This document shows, one piece after another, positions 1 to 12,162 of a DNA stretch of 64,000 nucleotides. A program made the translations under genes and the position numbers. The stretch spans positions 15,709-79,708 of the forward strand of contig JANLXF010000089.1 of the NCBI GenBank assembly GCA_031364965.1. The letters are read 5' to 3'. Numbering within the stretch: position 1 is the first letter of the stretch; each line of letters starts with the position of its first letter. The notes under the pieces were generated by a model, which saw nothing but the letters and a program-made list of their open reading frames with translations, did not search any database and was not told the DNA's origin. Source of the stretch: Actinomycetes bacterium (GTDB taxonomy: Bacteria > Actinomycetota > UBA4738 > HRBIN12).

Positions 1-504
1 ATCGAGGTGCTCTCCGCCCAGGAGCACGATCTCGTCAGCCAGCTCGCGGGCAGGGTGGAAGCTCTGCGGACCCGTCGGGAGGGGCTAGCCCAGTGGCTGG
101 ACACCTACGGCGTGTTCGAAGCGTGCCCCGTGTCGGGCTCGATCTCGATCGCGGACAACTTCGGGATCATCCGCGAGATGCCCGGCACCCCGCGGCACGT
201 GCACATGGGCGACGACATCTCGGCGCCGACGGGCGCGGCGATCGTCGCGCCGTTCGACGGCACGGCCGTGGCCACCAACAGCGAACTGGGCGGCCCCTCG
301 GTCAAGGTCTACGGCGCGGACGGCTACGTCTACAACGCCCATCTGTCGGCCTACGGGCGGTTGGGCGCCGTCACCGCCGGCACCGTGGTCGGCTATGTGG
401 GCTCGACCGGCAACGCCACGGCGCCCCACGACCACTTCGAGTGGCATCCGGGCGACGGCGGCGCGGTCGATCCCTACGTCTACCTGACCGCGATCTGCGG
501 CTGA
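1..504 (+). CDS. M23-family (LytM-type) peptidoglycan endopeptidase, 5'-truncated at window edge
   Basis: The frame is open from nt 1. C-terminal motifs HMGDDISAP...GSTGNATAPHDHFEWHP are typical of the M23 peptidase Zn site. High GC3. Confidence 0.7.
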   Translation: MEVLSAQEHDLVSQLAGRVEALRTRREGLAQWLDTYGVFEACPVSGSISIADNFGIIREMPGTPRHVHMGDDISAPTGAAIVAPFDGTAVATNSELGGPSVKVYGADGYVYNAHLSAYGRLGAVTAGTVVGYVGSTGNATAPHDHFEWHPGDGGAVDPYVYLTAICG

Positions 505-508
505 GGCT

Positions 509-545
509 TGAGGGGCGGGGCGTCCCTGCCGCCCCGCCCCCTCAG
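509..545. terminator. GC-rich hairpin between convergent M23 peptidase and gyrA (bidirectional terminator candidate)
   Basis: tgaggggcggggcg-tccctgc-cgccccgcccctca forms a near-perfect 14-bp stem located in the 51-bp convergent gap. Confidence 0.55.
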
Positions 546-555
546 GGCCTGCTCG

Positions 556-3009
556 CTACTCGTCGTCCTCGTCCATCTGTGTGATCACCGGGGCGAGGGC
601 GACGACCGTCGCGCCGTCCTCGACACGCATCGTGCGCACGCCCTGGCTCGCGCGACCGACCCTGCGGATCTGGTCGGCCGGGACGCGCACGACCTGGCCG
701 CTCGAGGAGATCACGAACATGTCGAGGTCCTTGGTCCCGATGTAGGCCCCCGCGAGAAGTCCCGTCTTCCCGGTGAGCTGATGCCCGATCACGCCCTTGC
801 CGCCGCGGCCCTTCGTCGGATAGTCCGAGAGCTTCGAACGCTTGCCGTACCCCTGCTCGGTGACGCTGATCAGCTCCTCGCCCTCGGACACGAGTCCCAC
901 TGAGAGCACGCGGTCGTCTTCGGCCAGGCGCATCCCGATCACGCCGCCCGTGCCGCGGCCCATGGGGCGCGCGAGCGCTTCCTTGAACCTGATCGCCTGG
1001 CCGTTCCGCGAGACCAGCATCACTTCGTCCTGGCCCTCGGTGAACTTCACGTCGATCAGCTCGTCGTCGCCCCGCAGGTTGATCGCGATGAGGCCCGAGC
1101 GCGGTGAGTCGTACTCGGGAAGCGCCGTCTTCTTCACGATGCCCTTGCGGGTCGCGAACAGCAGGTAGCGGCCCTCCGCGTACTCCTTCAGGTCGATCAC
1201 GGCGCTGATCTTCTCGTCGCCGTCGAGGGCGACGCCGGGCAGGTTCGCCGCGTACATCCCACGGGCGGTGCGGCCTGATTCGGGGATCTCGTGGGCCTTC
1301 ACGCGGTACACGCGACCCTTCGTGGTGAAGAACAGCATCCAGTGGTGGGTCGTGGTCGTGAAGACGTGCTTGACGACGTCTTCCTCCTTGAGGTTCTGGC
1401 CGCGCACGCCCTTGCCGCCGCGTCCCTGTCGTTTGAACGAGTCCATCGGCAGGCGCTTCACGTAGCCTGCACGGCTCACCGTGATCACGACGTCTTCCTC
1501 CGCGATCAGATCCTCGACGTCGAAGTCGCCCTCCTCGGCCCGGATCGAGGTACGACGCGAATCGGCGTGCTTCTTGCGGATCTCGGCGAGCTCCACCTTG
1601 ATCACGGCGCGGAGCTTCACGGGGTCGTTCAGGAGCGAGTTCAGGTACTCGATGCGCTCGAGCAGCTCGCCGTGTTCCTTCTCGAGCTCGGTGCGGGCCA
1701 GGCGCGTCAGGCGCCGCAGCGGCATGTCCAGGATGTGGTTCGCCTGGATCTCGCTGAGCTCGAACCGCTTCATCAGCGACGTGCGGGCAGCGTCGGCGTC
1801 CTGCGACCCGCGGATGATCTTGATGACCTCGTCGAGGTTGTCGAGCGCGATCAGCAGGCCGAGCACGATGTGGTCGCGCTCCTCGGCCTTCCGGAGGTCG
1901 TACCGCGTGCGCCGCGTGACGACATCGACCTGGTGGTCGACGTAGTACCCCACCATCTCGGCGAGGTTCAGCGTGCGCGGCACGCCATCGACGAGCGCGA
2001 GCATGATCACGCCGAAGCTGTCCTGAAGCTGCGTGTGCTTGTACAGCTGGTTGAGGACCACGTGCGGGTTCGCGCCGCGCTTGGTCTCGATCACGAGCCG
2101 CATGCCCTCGCGGTTGGACTCGTCCTTGAGGTCGGAGATGTCCTTCAGCTTCTGCAGCTTCACGAGCTCGGCGATCTTCTCGGCGAGCCGCGCCTTGTTC
2201 ACTTGATACGGGAGCTCGGTGACGACGATCTTCGACTTCCCGTTCGAGCTCTCCTCGATCTGGGTCACGGCGCGCACCTTCAGCGAGCCGCGGCCGGTCT
2301 CGTAAGCGTCCCTGACCCCTTGACGGCCCATGATCGTGGCGCCGGTCGGGAAGTCCGGCCCCTTGATGAACTTCATGAGGTCGTCGGGCGTGGACTCGGG
2401 GTTGTCGAGGTAGTGGACGACCGCGTCGATCACCTCGCCGAGGTTGTGCGGCGGGATGTTCGTGGCCATGCCGACGGCGATCCCGCCGGCGCCGTTCACG
2501 AGCAGGTTGGGGAACCGCGAGGGCAGCACGACGGGTTGCTGCTCGTACCCGTCGAAGTTGGGGACGAAGTCCACCGTCTCGGAGTCGATGTCGCGCAGGA
2601 GCTCCATCGCCATCGGAGCGAGGCGCGCCTCGGTGTATCGATAGGCGGCCGCGGGGTCGCCGTCGACCGAGCCGAAGTTGCCGTGGCCGTCGACGAGCGG
2701 GTACCGCAGCGACCATTCCTGCGCCATACGCACGAGCGCGTCGTACACGGACTGGTCGCCGTGCGGGTGGTACTTCTTCAGCACGTCGCCGATCACCGCC
2801 GCGGACTTGCGGTGCGGCCGGTCGGGCCGGTAGCCCGCCTCGAGCATCGCCCAGAGGATCCGTTTGTGGACCGGCTTCAGACCGTCGCGCACGTCGGGCA
2901 GGGCGCGCCCGACGATGACCGACATCGAGTAGTCGAGGTACGACCGCTGGATCTCGTCCTCGAGATCGACGGGCTCGACGTTGCCCACGAACAGTCCCTC
3001 TTGCGACAT
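556..3009 (-). CDS. gyrA: DNA gyrase subunit A
   Basis: 817-aa ORF with an ATG start. Contains hallmark GyrA motifs (AAMRYTEARL, active-site Tyr region, C-terminal beta-pinwheel repeats). Confidence 0.97.
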   Translation of the reverse strand: MSQEGLFVGNVEPVDLEDEIQRSYLDYSMSVIVGRALPDVRDGLKPVHKRILWAMLEAGYRPDRPHRKSAAVIGDVLKKYHPHGDQSVYDALVRMAQEWSLRYPLVDGHGNFGSVDGDPAAAYRYTEARLAPMAMELLRDIDSETVDFVPNFDGYEQQPVVLPSRFPNLLVNGAGGIAVGMATNIPPHNLGEVIDAVVHYLDNPESTPDDLMKFIKGPDFPTGATIMGRQGVRDAYETGRGSLKVRAVTQIEESSNGKSKIVVTELPYQVNKARLAEKIAELVKLQKLKDISDLKDESNREGMRLVIETKRGANPHVVLNQLYKHTQLQDSFGVIMLALVDGVPRTLNLAEMVGYYVDHQVDVVTRRTRYDLRKAEERDHIVLGLLIALDNLDEVIKIIRGSQDADAARTSLMKRFELSEIQANHILDMPLRRLTRLARTELEKEHGELLERIEYLNSLLNDPVKLRAVIKVELAEIRKKHADSRRTSIRAEEGDFDVEDLIAEEDVVITVSRAGYVKRLPMDSFKRQGRGGKGVRGQNLKEEDVVKHVFTTTTHHWMLFFTTKGRVYRVKAHEIPESGRTARGMYAANLPGVALDGDEKISAVIDLKEYAEGRYLLFATRKGIVKKTALPEYDSPRSGLIAINLRGDDELIDVKFTEGQDEVMLVSRNGQAIRFKEALARPMGRGTGGVIGMRLAEDDRVLSVGLVSEGEELISVTEQGYGKRSKLSDYPTKGRGGKGVIGHQLTGKTGLLAGAYIGTKDLDMFVISSSGQVVRVPADQIRRVGRASQGVRTMRVEDGATVVALAPVITQMDEDDE

Positions 3010-3025
3010 GCCTTCGATCAGCTCC

Positions 3026-4981
<1,956 letters not shown>

Positions 4982-5086
4982 TCACGCTGCCTGCGGGAAG
5001 CCGTGCGCGGGAAGGTCGCACGAACCCGGTCATTCTACCGTACGGGAGTGACGCTCGACCCCTTCGGGGGCCTCGAAAACCGTGCT

Positions 5087-5434
5087 CTAGCTGGGGTTTC
5101 GGACCACGATCCTGATGCGCCGGACCGGGCCGCCGCCGAGGGCCTCGTCGGCCTTGCGACGGATCTCCTCATGCAGGAACCGGGCCTGGGCTCCCCACGG
5201 CCCGTTGCTCGCACCCACCGTCAATAGGCCGTCGTCCAGGCTCATCGGCGAGGTCTCGGCCGCCAGGCGAGGCCCGACGATCTCGGGCCAGCGCGACGCG
5301 AGCTCGGCCACCGGCATCCCCCGGGAGAACACTTCCTCGGCGAGCAGGCCGTCGACGATGTCGCCGAGCGCCACGGGGTCCCGGGAGCGCTTGCCCTTCC
5401 CCTTGTCCTTGTCGAAGCCCTTGGCCCGTGCCAT
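5087..5434 (-). CDS. dciA: DUF721/DciA-family protein (Rv0004-like helicase-loader candidate)
   Basis: Conserved position between recF and gyrB. The ATG at 5434 overlaps the recF stop. Lys-rich N-terminus followed by a DUF721-like core. Confidence 0.75.
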   Translation of the reverse strand: MARAKGFDKDKGKGKRSRDPVALGDIVDGLLAEEVFSRGMPVAELASRWPEIVGPRLAAETSPMSLDDGLLTVGASNGPWGAQARFLHEEIRRKADEALGGGPVRRIRIVVRNPS

Positions 5435-5435
5435 G

Positions 5436-6527
5436 TCAGGCGTCCCGCCGGACGACCGCGCCGCCGGCCACGTCCCAGACGGCGGCGGCATCGCGCGGGA
5501 CGTGTGCATCGTCGGCCACCGTGATCAACACCTGGCCACCCCGAGCGGCCAGGCGCGCACCGATGTGATCTCGGCGGGCAGGGTCCAGCGCGCTGAAGGG
5601 GTCGTCGACCAGTAGGAGCGGGGCCTCTCCGATCTCGGCCGCCACGGCGGAGGCGAGCCCCAGCCGCACGCAAAGGGCGGCGGCCCAGGTCTCGCCGTAG
5701 GACGCGAATGCCCGGGCGCCGAGGTCGCGGACCGCCAGCGTGAGGTCGTCGCGGTGCGGGCCCACCAGCGAGGTGCGACGCGTGAGCTCGTCACGGCGTC
5801 GGTCCGCCAGCCGTGCCCGGAACGCTTCCTCCAGATCCTCGTCCCACAGGTTGGGTGCGTAGGTGCACTCGAGACCGTACGAGGCGAGCGCCTGGAACTC
5901 CTCGTCGGCGTACGGGGAAAGCGCGCCCACGGCCGCGTGCCTGGCGCGGATCACCGCGCTCCCAGCCTGCACCAGCTCCTCGTCCCACGCCTCGAGGCCG
6001 GCCGGCGATCCTGGCCGATCCCACTCCTTCAGGAGCCGGTTGCGCTGACGCACGACCCGGTCGTAGGCCGTGAAGAGCGCGTCCTTGGCCGGCCAGAGCG
6101 CGGTCGCCGCCTCGTCCATGAACGCGCGGCGCTTCGACGGGTCTCCGATCACGATCGGCAGATCGAAGGGACCGAAGAGCACGGCCCGCACCTGTCGCCG
6201 CAGGTCCCGCTTACGTCGGACGGGCGATCGGTTCACCTTCACCTTGCTCGCCCCTTGCACGGGGATCTCGATCTCCACGAGCGCCCGGCCGTCCCGCGTG
6301 TCGAATTCGCCGCGGACGTACCCCGCTGGGGCGCCCACGCGCACGAGCGGAGCGTTCGTCGACACGCGGGGCGACCCGAGTGCATACAGGAAGTGCATCC
6401 CCTCGAGGAGGTTCGTCTTGCCTTCGCCGTTGGGCCCGACCGCGACCAGCAACCCCTCGGGCAGTGGATCGATGCGGGTCAGCGCGTGGTTGCGGAAGTC
6501 ACGCAGCTCGACCCAGGTCAGGCGCAT
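5436..6527 (-). CDS. recF: DNA replication/repair protein RecF
   Basis: 363 aa with a Walker A motif GPNGEGKTNLLEG and an SMC-like signature. Lies immediately downstream of dnaN in the conserved order. Confidence 0.95.
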   Translation of the reverse strand: MRLTWVELRDFRNHALTRIDPLPEGLLVAVGPNGEGKTNLLEGMHFLYALGSPRVSTNAPLVRVGAPAGYVRGEFDTRDGRALVEIEIPVQGASKVKVNRSPVRRKRDLRRQVRAVLFGPFDLPIVIGDPSKRRAFMDEAATALWPAKDALFTAYDRVVRQRNRLLKEWDRPGSPAGLEAWDEELVQAGSAVIRARHAAVGALSPYADEEFQALASYGLECTYAPNLWDEDLEEAFRARLADRRRDELTRRTSLVGPHRDDLTLAVRDLGARAFASYGETWAAALCVRLGLASAVAAEIGEAPLLLVDDPFSALDPARRDHIGARLAARGGQVLITVADDAHVPRDAAAVWDVAGGAVVRRDA

Positions 6528-6554
6528 CGAGGGGAAGGCCTGCGCGACAGTCGG

Positions 6555-7664
6555 TCACGACACCGATGCGGGCAACCGCACCGGCATCACGAGGTACGTG
6601 AACTCGTCGCCGTCGCCGCGCACGACCCCCGGCTTCAGCCCGTCTCGCACGTCGAGCCGGACCGATTCCCCGTGGCAGGCGGTGAGCCCGTCGGCCAGGT
6701 ATTGCGGGTTGAACGCCGCGGTGAGGTCGTCGCCCTCGTAGCGCGCCTCCACCGTCTCGACGGCCTGGCCGAGATCGGGGCTCGAGCTCGAGAGCTTCAC
6801 GCCGAGCGCGTTGAACTCGAGCCTGACGGGCGTGGTGTCGCGAGCCAGGAGCCCGACCCGGCGGACCGCGTCCAGGAGCGCCTGGCGGCTGATCGTGAGG
6901 CGGCTCTCGTGCTGCTCGGGCAGGAGCTGCCGGTAGTTCGGAAACTCGCCCTCGATCAGCCGTGAGGTCAGCGTGAGCTCCCCGATCCGGAAGGCGACCT
7001 GGGACTCGTCGACGAAGATCTCGATTGAGCCCTTCTCCGCGGTCTGGGCGGCGCGGCCGGCCTCGGTCAGGGCGCGCTCCGGCACGATTGCCCGGTTCTC
7101 TCCGTCGGCCGTGGCCACCAGGTCGCGCACGGCCAGGCGGTAGGAGTCGGTCGCGGCCATCACGACGCCCTCACGGCTCACCTCGATCAGCACGCCGGTG
7201 AGCACGGGGCGCGCCTCGTCGCGCGATGCCGCCCGGCCGACCTGCGTCACCGCGTCGGCGAACGCCCCCGCCTCGGCCGTGATCGACGTGCCGCTGGGTT
7301 CCTGCAGACCGGGGAAATCCTCGGACGGCAGCAGCCTGAGCGTGCCCTCGTACGCCGCGCAGCGAAGGTGCGCCTGCGACTGATCGGTCTCGAATTCGAC
7401 CGGCGCGTCCGACAGCGACTTCACGGTGTCGCCGAGGAGGCGAGCCGGCACCAGCGCGACGCCCGCCTCCTGGACCTGGACCTCGGTCGACAGGCGCGCC
7501 GACACCTCGAGGTCGGTGGTCGTCAGCGTCAATCGTCCGTTGTCGGTCGCCTCGAGCAACACGCCCGTCAGCGCCGGGATCCCGGGCCGCGACGACACGC
7601 CTCGCTGCACGGTCTGGAGCGCCTCGGAGAGCGCGTCGCGGTCACATCGGAACTTCATGCCCAC
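6555..7664 (-). CDS. dnaN: DNA polymerase III beta sliding clamp
   Basis: 369 aa with three-domain beta-clamp similarity (MKFRCDRDALSEALQTV...LVMPVRL). The track start is GTG; an alternative ATG lies 2 codons in. Confidence 0.95.
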   Translation of the reverse strand: MGMKFRCDRDALSEALQTVQRGVSSRPGIPALTGVLLEATDNGRLTLTTTDLEVSARLSTEVQVQEAGVALVPARLLGDTVKSLSDAPVEFETDQSQAHLRCAAYEGTLRLLPSEDFPGLQEPSGTSITAEAGAFADAVTQVGRAASRDEARPVLTGVLIEVSREGVVMAATDSYRLAVRDLVATADGENRAIVPERALTEAGRAAQTAEKGSIEIFVDESQVAFRIGELTLTSRLIEGEFPNYRQLLPEQHESRLTISRQALLDAVRRVGLLARDTTPVRLEFNALGVKLSSSSPDLGQAVETVEARYEGDDLTAAFNPQYLADGLTACHGESVRLDVRDGLKPGVVRGDGDEFTYLVMPVRLPASVS

Positions 7665-7872
7665 CCCCTGCTTCTGTTCTTATGAATCCTGAAAGACCGG
7701 TAGTAGTAGGCGCTGTGGAGATGTGCACAACGGTCCCGTTCACGCAGCGTAGTGGGCTCGTGAAACATGGGGAAACCCGGTGGGCAACCCATGTCACTCC
7801 CGGCTCGATCCCGAGAGCGACACGAACTCCGAACCGCGGGCGCGGCGGTTTTCCACAACCTCGCGCGACCCA
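7665..7872. promoter_or_regulatory. dnaA-dnaN intergenic region: oriC-like element with DnaA box(es) and an AT-rich tract
   Basis: TTTTCCACA box at 7849-7857 and a CTCCACA-like box near 7712. Local AT-rich segment at 7670-7705 (ttctgttcttatgaatcctgaaag). This is the canonical oriC location in Actinobacteria. Confidence 0.5.
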
Positions 7873-9309
7873 TCACGCCGCTCCCCGGACGCGACCACGG
7901 ATGCTCCGCGTGAGGTCCTGTACCTGCCGGAACGTCGCATCGCGGGCGCGCATCTCGTCCTCGACCTTCTTGATGCCGTGTAGGACCGTGGTGTGATCGC
8001 GCCCGCCGTAGATGTCTCCGATCTTCACGAGCGAGAGACCGGTGTTCTCCCGCGTCAGATACATCGCGATATGGCGGGCGTGGGTGAGCGGGCGCGAACG
8101 GCTCTTCGAGATCAGCTCGTCGATCGCGATCGAGAAGTATGCGGCGGTCTCCTCGAGGATCAAGGGAGCCGGGATCTCGGTCTCGGTCTGCGGGATCAGG
8201 TCTTGCAGGGCGCGCTCGGCGAGCGACTCGTCGATCGGCTGGCTCGTCAGCTCGGACCACGCGACCACGCGGACGAGGGCCCCCTCGAGCTCTCGGACGC
8301 TCTGGTCGAACTTCGAGGCGGCGAACTCGATCACGGCGGGCGGCACCACGATGCGGTCGCGCTCGGCCTTCAGCTGCAGGATCGCGATCCGCGTCTCGAG
8401 GTCGGGCGGCTGCACGTCGACGCACAACCCCCACTTGAAGCGGCTCACGAGTCGCTCCTCCAGCCCGGACAGCTCGTTGGGCGAGCGGTCCGACGCGATC
8501 ACGATCTGCTTGCCGGCGCCGTGCAGGTGGTTGAACGTGTGGAAGAACTCGGTCTGGGTCTCTTCGCGCTTGGCGAGGAACTGCACGTCGTCGACGAGCA
8601 GGACATCGACCTCGCGGTATCGATGGCGGAACTCATCGCCCTTGCGTTCGCGGACCGCCTTGATGAACTCCGTCACGAACTGCTCGGACGTCACGTATTT
8701 CACCCGGGTGCCCGACGTGAGCCGGTGCATGTGATGACCGACGGCGATCAGCAGGTGGGTCTTGCCCAGACCAGTTGCGCCGTAGATGAAAAGAGGGTTG
8801 TACGCCGTCGAGGGCGTCGCCTCGGCCACGGCCATCGCGGCGGCGTGGGCGAAGCGGTTCGACGGGCCGGGGACGAACGCGTCGAAGGTGTAGTTCGGGA
8901 ACGGCAGCCCGGGCGCCCCCATCGTCTCGCCGGCGGGCAGCAGCTCGGAGGGCGCGCCGATCGCGGCGTACGCGGCGGGCGGGCGCGAGGCTTCGACGTC
9001 GGCGCCGTCATCGCCGCGCCGCGCCGCGGCGTCGGAGCGCAGGTGCTCGTCGACCACGAGCTCGATCTTCACGGGGCAGCCGGCCATGGTCGCGGCCGCC
9101 TGTTCGATCAGCGAGAGATGGTCGTGCTGCAGGCGATCGCGGACGAGCTGGCTCGGCGCCGCGAGCTGCAAGACGTCGTCCGCCAGTTCGAGCGGCGCGA
9201 CGTCGGCGAACCACATGACGACCGTGGTTTCCGGGAGATCTGCGCGTGCTCGCTCCAAGACGAAGGACCACATCTGACGCGCTTCGTGCTCAGGAACGGC
9301 AACCGGCAT
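7873..9309 (-). CDS. dnaA: Chromosomal replication initiator DnaA
   Basis: AAA+ motifs GATGLGKTHLL and a C-terminal DnaA-box-binding HTH. Chosen start is the ATG at 9309 (MPVAVPEHEARQMW...), which matches the DnaA domain I consensus. The upstream 42 codons of the track ORF lack coding support. Confidence 0.93.
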   Translation of the reverse strand: MPVAVPEHEARQMWSFVLERARADLPETTVVMWFADVAPLELADDVLQLAAPSQLVRDRLQHDHLSLIEQAAATMAGCPVKIELVVDEHLRSDAAARRGDDGADVEASRPPAAYAAIGAPSELLPAGETMGAPGLPFPNYTFDAFVPGPSNRFAHAAAMAVAEATPSTAYNPLFIYGATGLGKTHLLIAVGHHMHRLTSGTRVKYVTSEQFVTEFIKAVRERKGDEFRHRYREVDVLLVDDVQFLAKREETQTEFFHTFNHLHGAGKQIVIASDRSPNELSGLEERLVSRFKWGLCVDVQPPDLETRIAILQLKAERDRIVVPPAVIEFAASKFDQSVRELEGALVRVVAWSELTSQPIDESLAERALQDLIPQTETEIPAPLILEETAAYFSIAIDELISKSRSRPLTHARHIAMYLTRENTGLSLVKIGDIYGGRDHTTVLHGIKKVEDEMRARDATFRQVQDLTRSIRGRVRGAA

Positions 9310-9577
9310 ACGTATCCACAGAACCTTTCCACAACGGTGGAAAACCCTTACGGGAAGCTTTGGCTGGCGGGCGAGATTCGGAGCCGCACCGCCGGGGGGA
9401 AGCGCGGGGCGCACGATAGCACGGGGCTTTTCCACACGACCCGCCGTGCGGGGGGTCTTGGCACTCTTTCTCCTGTCAACCCCTTTGTCCTGCGGCGATG
9501 CGGCCCCGTATACTCTGTGACCTTGGCCGGCGCGAGCCGGCTTTCGTCACGAAATCCGACTGACCGAGGGACCGATC
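9310..9577. promoter_or_regulatory. rpmH-dnaA divergent region with DnaA-box cluster and rpmH promoter
   Basis: DnaA boxes GTATCCACA at 9312-9320, TTTCCACA at 9326-9333, GTGGAAAAC at 9337-9345 (reverse) and TTTTCCACA at 9428-9436. TATACT -10-like hexamer near 9507 upstream of rpmH. Confidence 0.6.
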
Positions 9578-9721
9578 ATGGCCAAGGGCAAGCGTACCTA
9601 CCAGCCGAACAACCGCCGCCGACACAAGCGCCACGGCTTCCGTCTGCGCATGCGAACCCGCGCCGGCCGCTCGATCCTCGCGGCGCGCCGCCGCAAGGGC
9701 CGCGCTCGGCTGACGGTCTGA
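9578..9721 (+). CDS. rpmH: 50S ribosomal protein L34
   Basis: 47-aa product [31 protein letters not shown]..., highly conserved L34. RBS gaggga precedes the ATG. Confidence 0.95.
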   Translation: MAKGKRTYQPNNRRRHKRHGFRLRMRTRAGRSILAARRRKGRARLTV

Positions 9722-9731
9722 AGCGCCGCCC

Positions 9732-10031
9732 GTGCGTGCGCGGGAGGTTCGCCGGGTGTTCGACGTGGCCCGGCCGCTGCATGGGAGGCGGGTGGTAGTG
9801 TTTCTCGCGCCCGGGACCGGGTCGCTCGCCGTCGTCGCCGCACGTCGCGTCGGTGGCGCCGTCGAGCGGAACCGAGCCCGCCGCATCCTGCGTGAAGCCT
9901 GGCGACAGGTCTCGCCGCAGATCACCGACGATGCCGACGTCGTCCTGGTGGCTCGTGAGGCCATCCGGGGCGCCATGACTCACGACCTGGTGGCCGAGAT
10001 GACCGATCTGCTCGAGGCGAGAACCTCGTGA
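9732..10031 (+). CDS. rnpA: Ribonuclease P protein component
   Basis: 99-aa basic protein immediately downstream of rpmH. Contains the RNR motif (VERNRARRILREAW). Confidence 0.88.
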   Translation: MRAREVRRVFDVARPLHGRRVVVFLAPGTGSLAVVAARRVGGAVERNRARRILREAWRQVSPQITDDADVVLVAREAIRGAMTHDLVAEMTDLLEARTS

Positions 10032-10339
10032 ACGTGATCCGCCGCACGCTGTGGGGCCTCGGTGCCCCCGCCCGCGCGCTCCTGACGGGGGCGATCCGGT
10101 TCTATCGCGCCTCGCTCTCGGGTTGGCTGGGGGGCCAATGCCGCTTCTACCCCTCGTGTTCGCGCTACGGTGAGGCCGCGATCCGAACCCACGGTGCGTT
10201 GAAAGGATCCGTCCTCGCTGCCTGGAGAGTCTTGCGCTGCAACCCTTTCGGGCAGGGTGGCGTGGAGCACGTGCGTCCCCGCCCTCCGGGCACGTCGTAT
10301 GAACACATCATACATAGCTCGGAAGGGGCGGACGTTTAA
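10028..10339 (+). CDS. yidD: Membrane protein insertion efficiency factor YidD
   Basis: Motif FYPSCSRYGEAAIRTHGALKGSVLAAWRVLRCNPFG is diagnostic for YidD. Overlaps the rnpA stop. Confidence 0.9.
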   Translation: MNVIRRTLWGLGAPARALLTGAIRFYRASLSGWLGGQCRFYPSCSRYGEAAIRTHGALKGSVLAAWRVLRCNPFGQGGVEHVRPRPPGTSYEHIIHSSEGADV

Positions 10340-11449
10340 ATGCTCGCCTTCGGCCCCTTCCAAGCGCTGCTCGACGCGATCGGGTGGGTCCTGGCCGGCA
10401 TCTTCGACCTGGTCCCCAACTACGCGGTGTCGATCATCATCCTCACGCTCGTGATCCGGCTGGTGCTGCTGCCGCTCGGGATCAAGCAGATCAAGTCGAT
10501 GCAAGCGATGCAGGCGATCCAGCCTCGGGTCAAAGAGCTCCAGAAGAAATACAAGGGCAACAAGCAGAAGGCGCAAGAAGAGACGATGAAGCTCTACAAG
10601 GAAGCCGGCGTGAACCCGCTCGGCGGCTGTCTCCCCCTGTTGCTGCAGTTCCCGATCCTCATCGCGATGTATGCCGTGATCCGTGCCCCGGTGTTGTCTC
10701 CCGTCGACGGAGCGGCGCAGACCTACCAAGTGCAGAACAACCACCTGCCCGAGGACAGCACGCTCTTCAAAGACGTGATCACGCATACCGACACCTCGGT
10801 CGTCTCGTTGAACTTCCAGTGCTCGGCAGCCCAGAGCGGGACGCAGGCGCAGCTCAACGACACGGCCGGCGAGGCCGTCCAGAGCGGATGGTCGATCCGG
10901 GGAAGGGAGGGGAACCCGCTCGCCTTCACCTCGATCGGCACCCTCGATTGCGGGAACGGCCCCACCGACAAGATCGCGTACTTCGCGATGCTGGTCGTGA
11001 TGATCGGCACGACGTTCTACCAGCAGCGACAGATGCAGAAGGCGAGTCCTCCGGGCGCCGCCTCGTCGCAGCAGCAGGCCATCATGAAGTTCATGCCGCT
11101 GATGTTCGGGATCTTCGGGTTCAGCTTCCCGGCCGGCCTCGTGCTTTATTGGATGGTGTCCAACCTGTTCCAGATCGGACAGCAGGGGTTCCTGCTGCGT
11201 GCAGGCCATATCGGTCCCGACGCCCTCGATCGCCGGATCGCCGAGCAGAAGGCCCGCGCGGCCAACCAGCCCGAGAAGAAGGGCTTCATCGCGGGGATGA
11301 TGGAGCGTGCGGAGCAGGCTCGTCAGCAGGAGGGAAGCAAGGGCGCAGCCGCCCCCGGCACCTCCTCGAAGCGGGGGCCTCGTAAGCCGCCTCCGAAGAA
11401 CCAGCCGCGCCCCAAGCCCAAAGATCCGGGAGGCACCGATGGCCAGTGA
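10340..11449 (+). CDS. yidC: Membrane protein insertase YidC
   Basis: 369 aa with multiple TM segments and 60-kDa inner-membrane-insertase core motifs. Conserved position in the gene order. Confidence 0.93.
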   Translation: MLAFGPFQALLDAIGWVLAGIFDLVPNYAVSIIILTLVIRLVLLPLGIKQIKSMQAMQAIQPRVKELQKKYKGNKQKAQEETMKLYKEAGVNPLGGCLPLLLQFPILIAMYAVIRAPVLSPVDGAAQTYQVQNNHLPEDSTLFKDVITHTDTSVVSLNFQCSAAQSGTQAQLNDTAGEAVQSGWSIRGREGNPLAFTSIGTLDCGNGPTDKIAYFAMLVVMIGTTFYQQRQMQKASPPGAASSQQQAIMKFMPLMFGIFGFSFPAGLVLYWMVSNLFQIGQQGFLLRAGHIGPDALDRRIAEQKARAANQPEKKGFIAGMMERAEQARQQEGSKGAAAPGTSSKRGPRKPPPKNQPRPKPKDPGGTDGQ

Positions 11450-12128
11450 GATCGAGCGGACCGCCCCCACCGTCGACGAGGCGATCGCCGCCGCGCTCGG
11501 GTGGCTCGGGGTCGGCGCCGACGAAGTGGACGTCGAGGTACTGGAGGCCGGTGATCAGGGCGATCCCGGCGGGGCTGCGACGGTGCGAGTGACGGTCCGC
11601 GAGGCGGGACCGGTGTCCGCGCCTTCGGCTGGTGATGCCCGTCGGGAAGACTGGGCCCCCGAGGACCTCGAGGCGCAGGCAGATGCCGTCGCCGACTTCG
11701 TGGACGAGCTCCTCGCGAAGATGGAAATCGACGCGATCGCCGAGCCCAACCCCCAGGACGATGGCCATATGTACGTCGACATCGTCGACGGCCCGGAAGA
11801 GGACATGGCGCTGCTGATCGGCCGCCACGGGCAGACGCTGGAGGCGATCCAGGAACTGGCCCGTATGGCGGTGGGCCGGCGTCTGGACCAGCGAGTGCGC
11901 GTCATCGTCGACGTCGAGGACTACCGGAAGCGCCGCGAGTCCGAACTGATCGAGGACGCCCGGGAGGCCGCGCTCCGAGTGGTCGCCGAGGGAGGCGAGT
12001 ATGCCTTCGACCCCATGAATGCGTACGAGCGCAAGCTCGTCCACGACGCGGCCGCGGATGTCGAAGGAGCCGAGTCGTTCTCCCGCGGGGAAGCGCCCGA
12101 CCGCTACGTCGTGATCCGCAAGCTTTAG
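11439..12128 (+). CDS. jag: Jag/KhpB RNA-binding protein (KH + R3H domains)
   Basis: The ATG at 11439 with RBS ccgggagg overlaps the yidC end by 11 nt. The C-terminal R3H motif (ESFSRGEAPDRYVVI) is present. Confidence 0.88.
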   Translation: MASEIERTAPTVDEAIAAALGWLGVGADEVDVEVLEAGDQGDPGGAATVRVTVREAGPVSAPSAGDARREDWAPEDLEAQADAVADFVDELLAKMEIDAIAEPNPQDDGHMYVDIVDGPEEDMALLIGRHGQTLEAIQELARMAVGRRLDQRVRVIVDVEDYRKRRESELIEDAREAALRVVAEGGEYAFDPMNAYERKLVHDAAADVEGAESFSRGEAPDRYVVIRKL

Positions 12129-12162
12129 TCCCTGATCGTCCCCTGGTCCCCTCCCGTCGTGT

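Noticed and set aside
5754-6965. 403-aa plus-strand ORF antisense to recF/dnaN
   Set aside because: Antisense GC-frame artefact. recF and dnaN are well supported on the minus strand.
7993-9798. 601-aa plus-strand ORF spanning dnaA antisense through rpmH/rnpA
   Set aside because: It crosses the intergenic DnaA-box region and the rpmH gene in a different frame. Artefact of absent stops in GC-rich sequence.
9980-11470. 496-aa minus-strand ORF antisense to yidD/yidC
   Set aside because: Antisense to strongly supported yidC. Arg-rich product.
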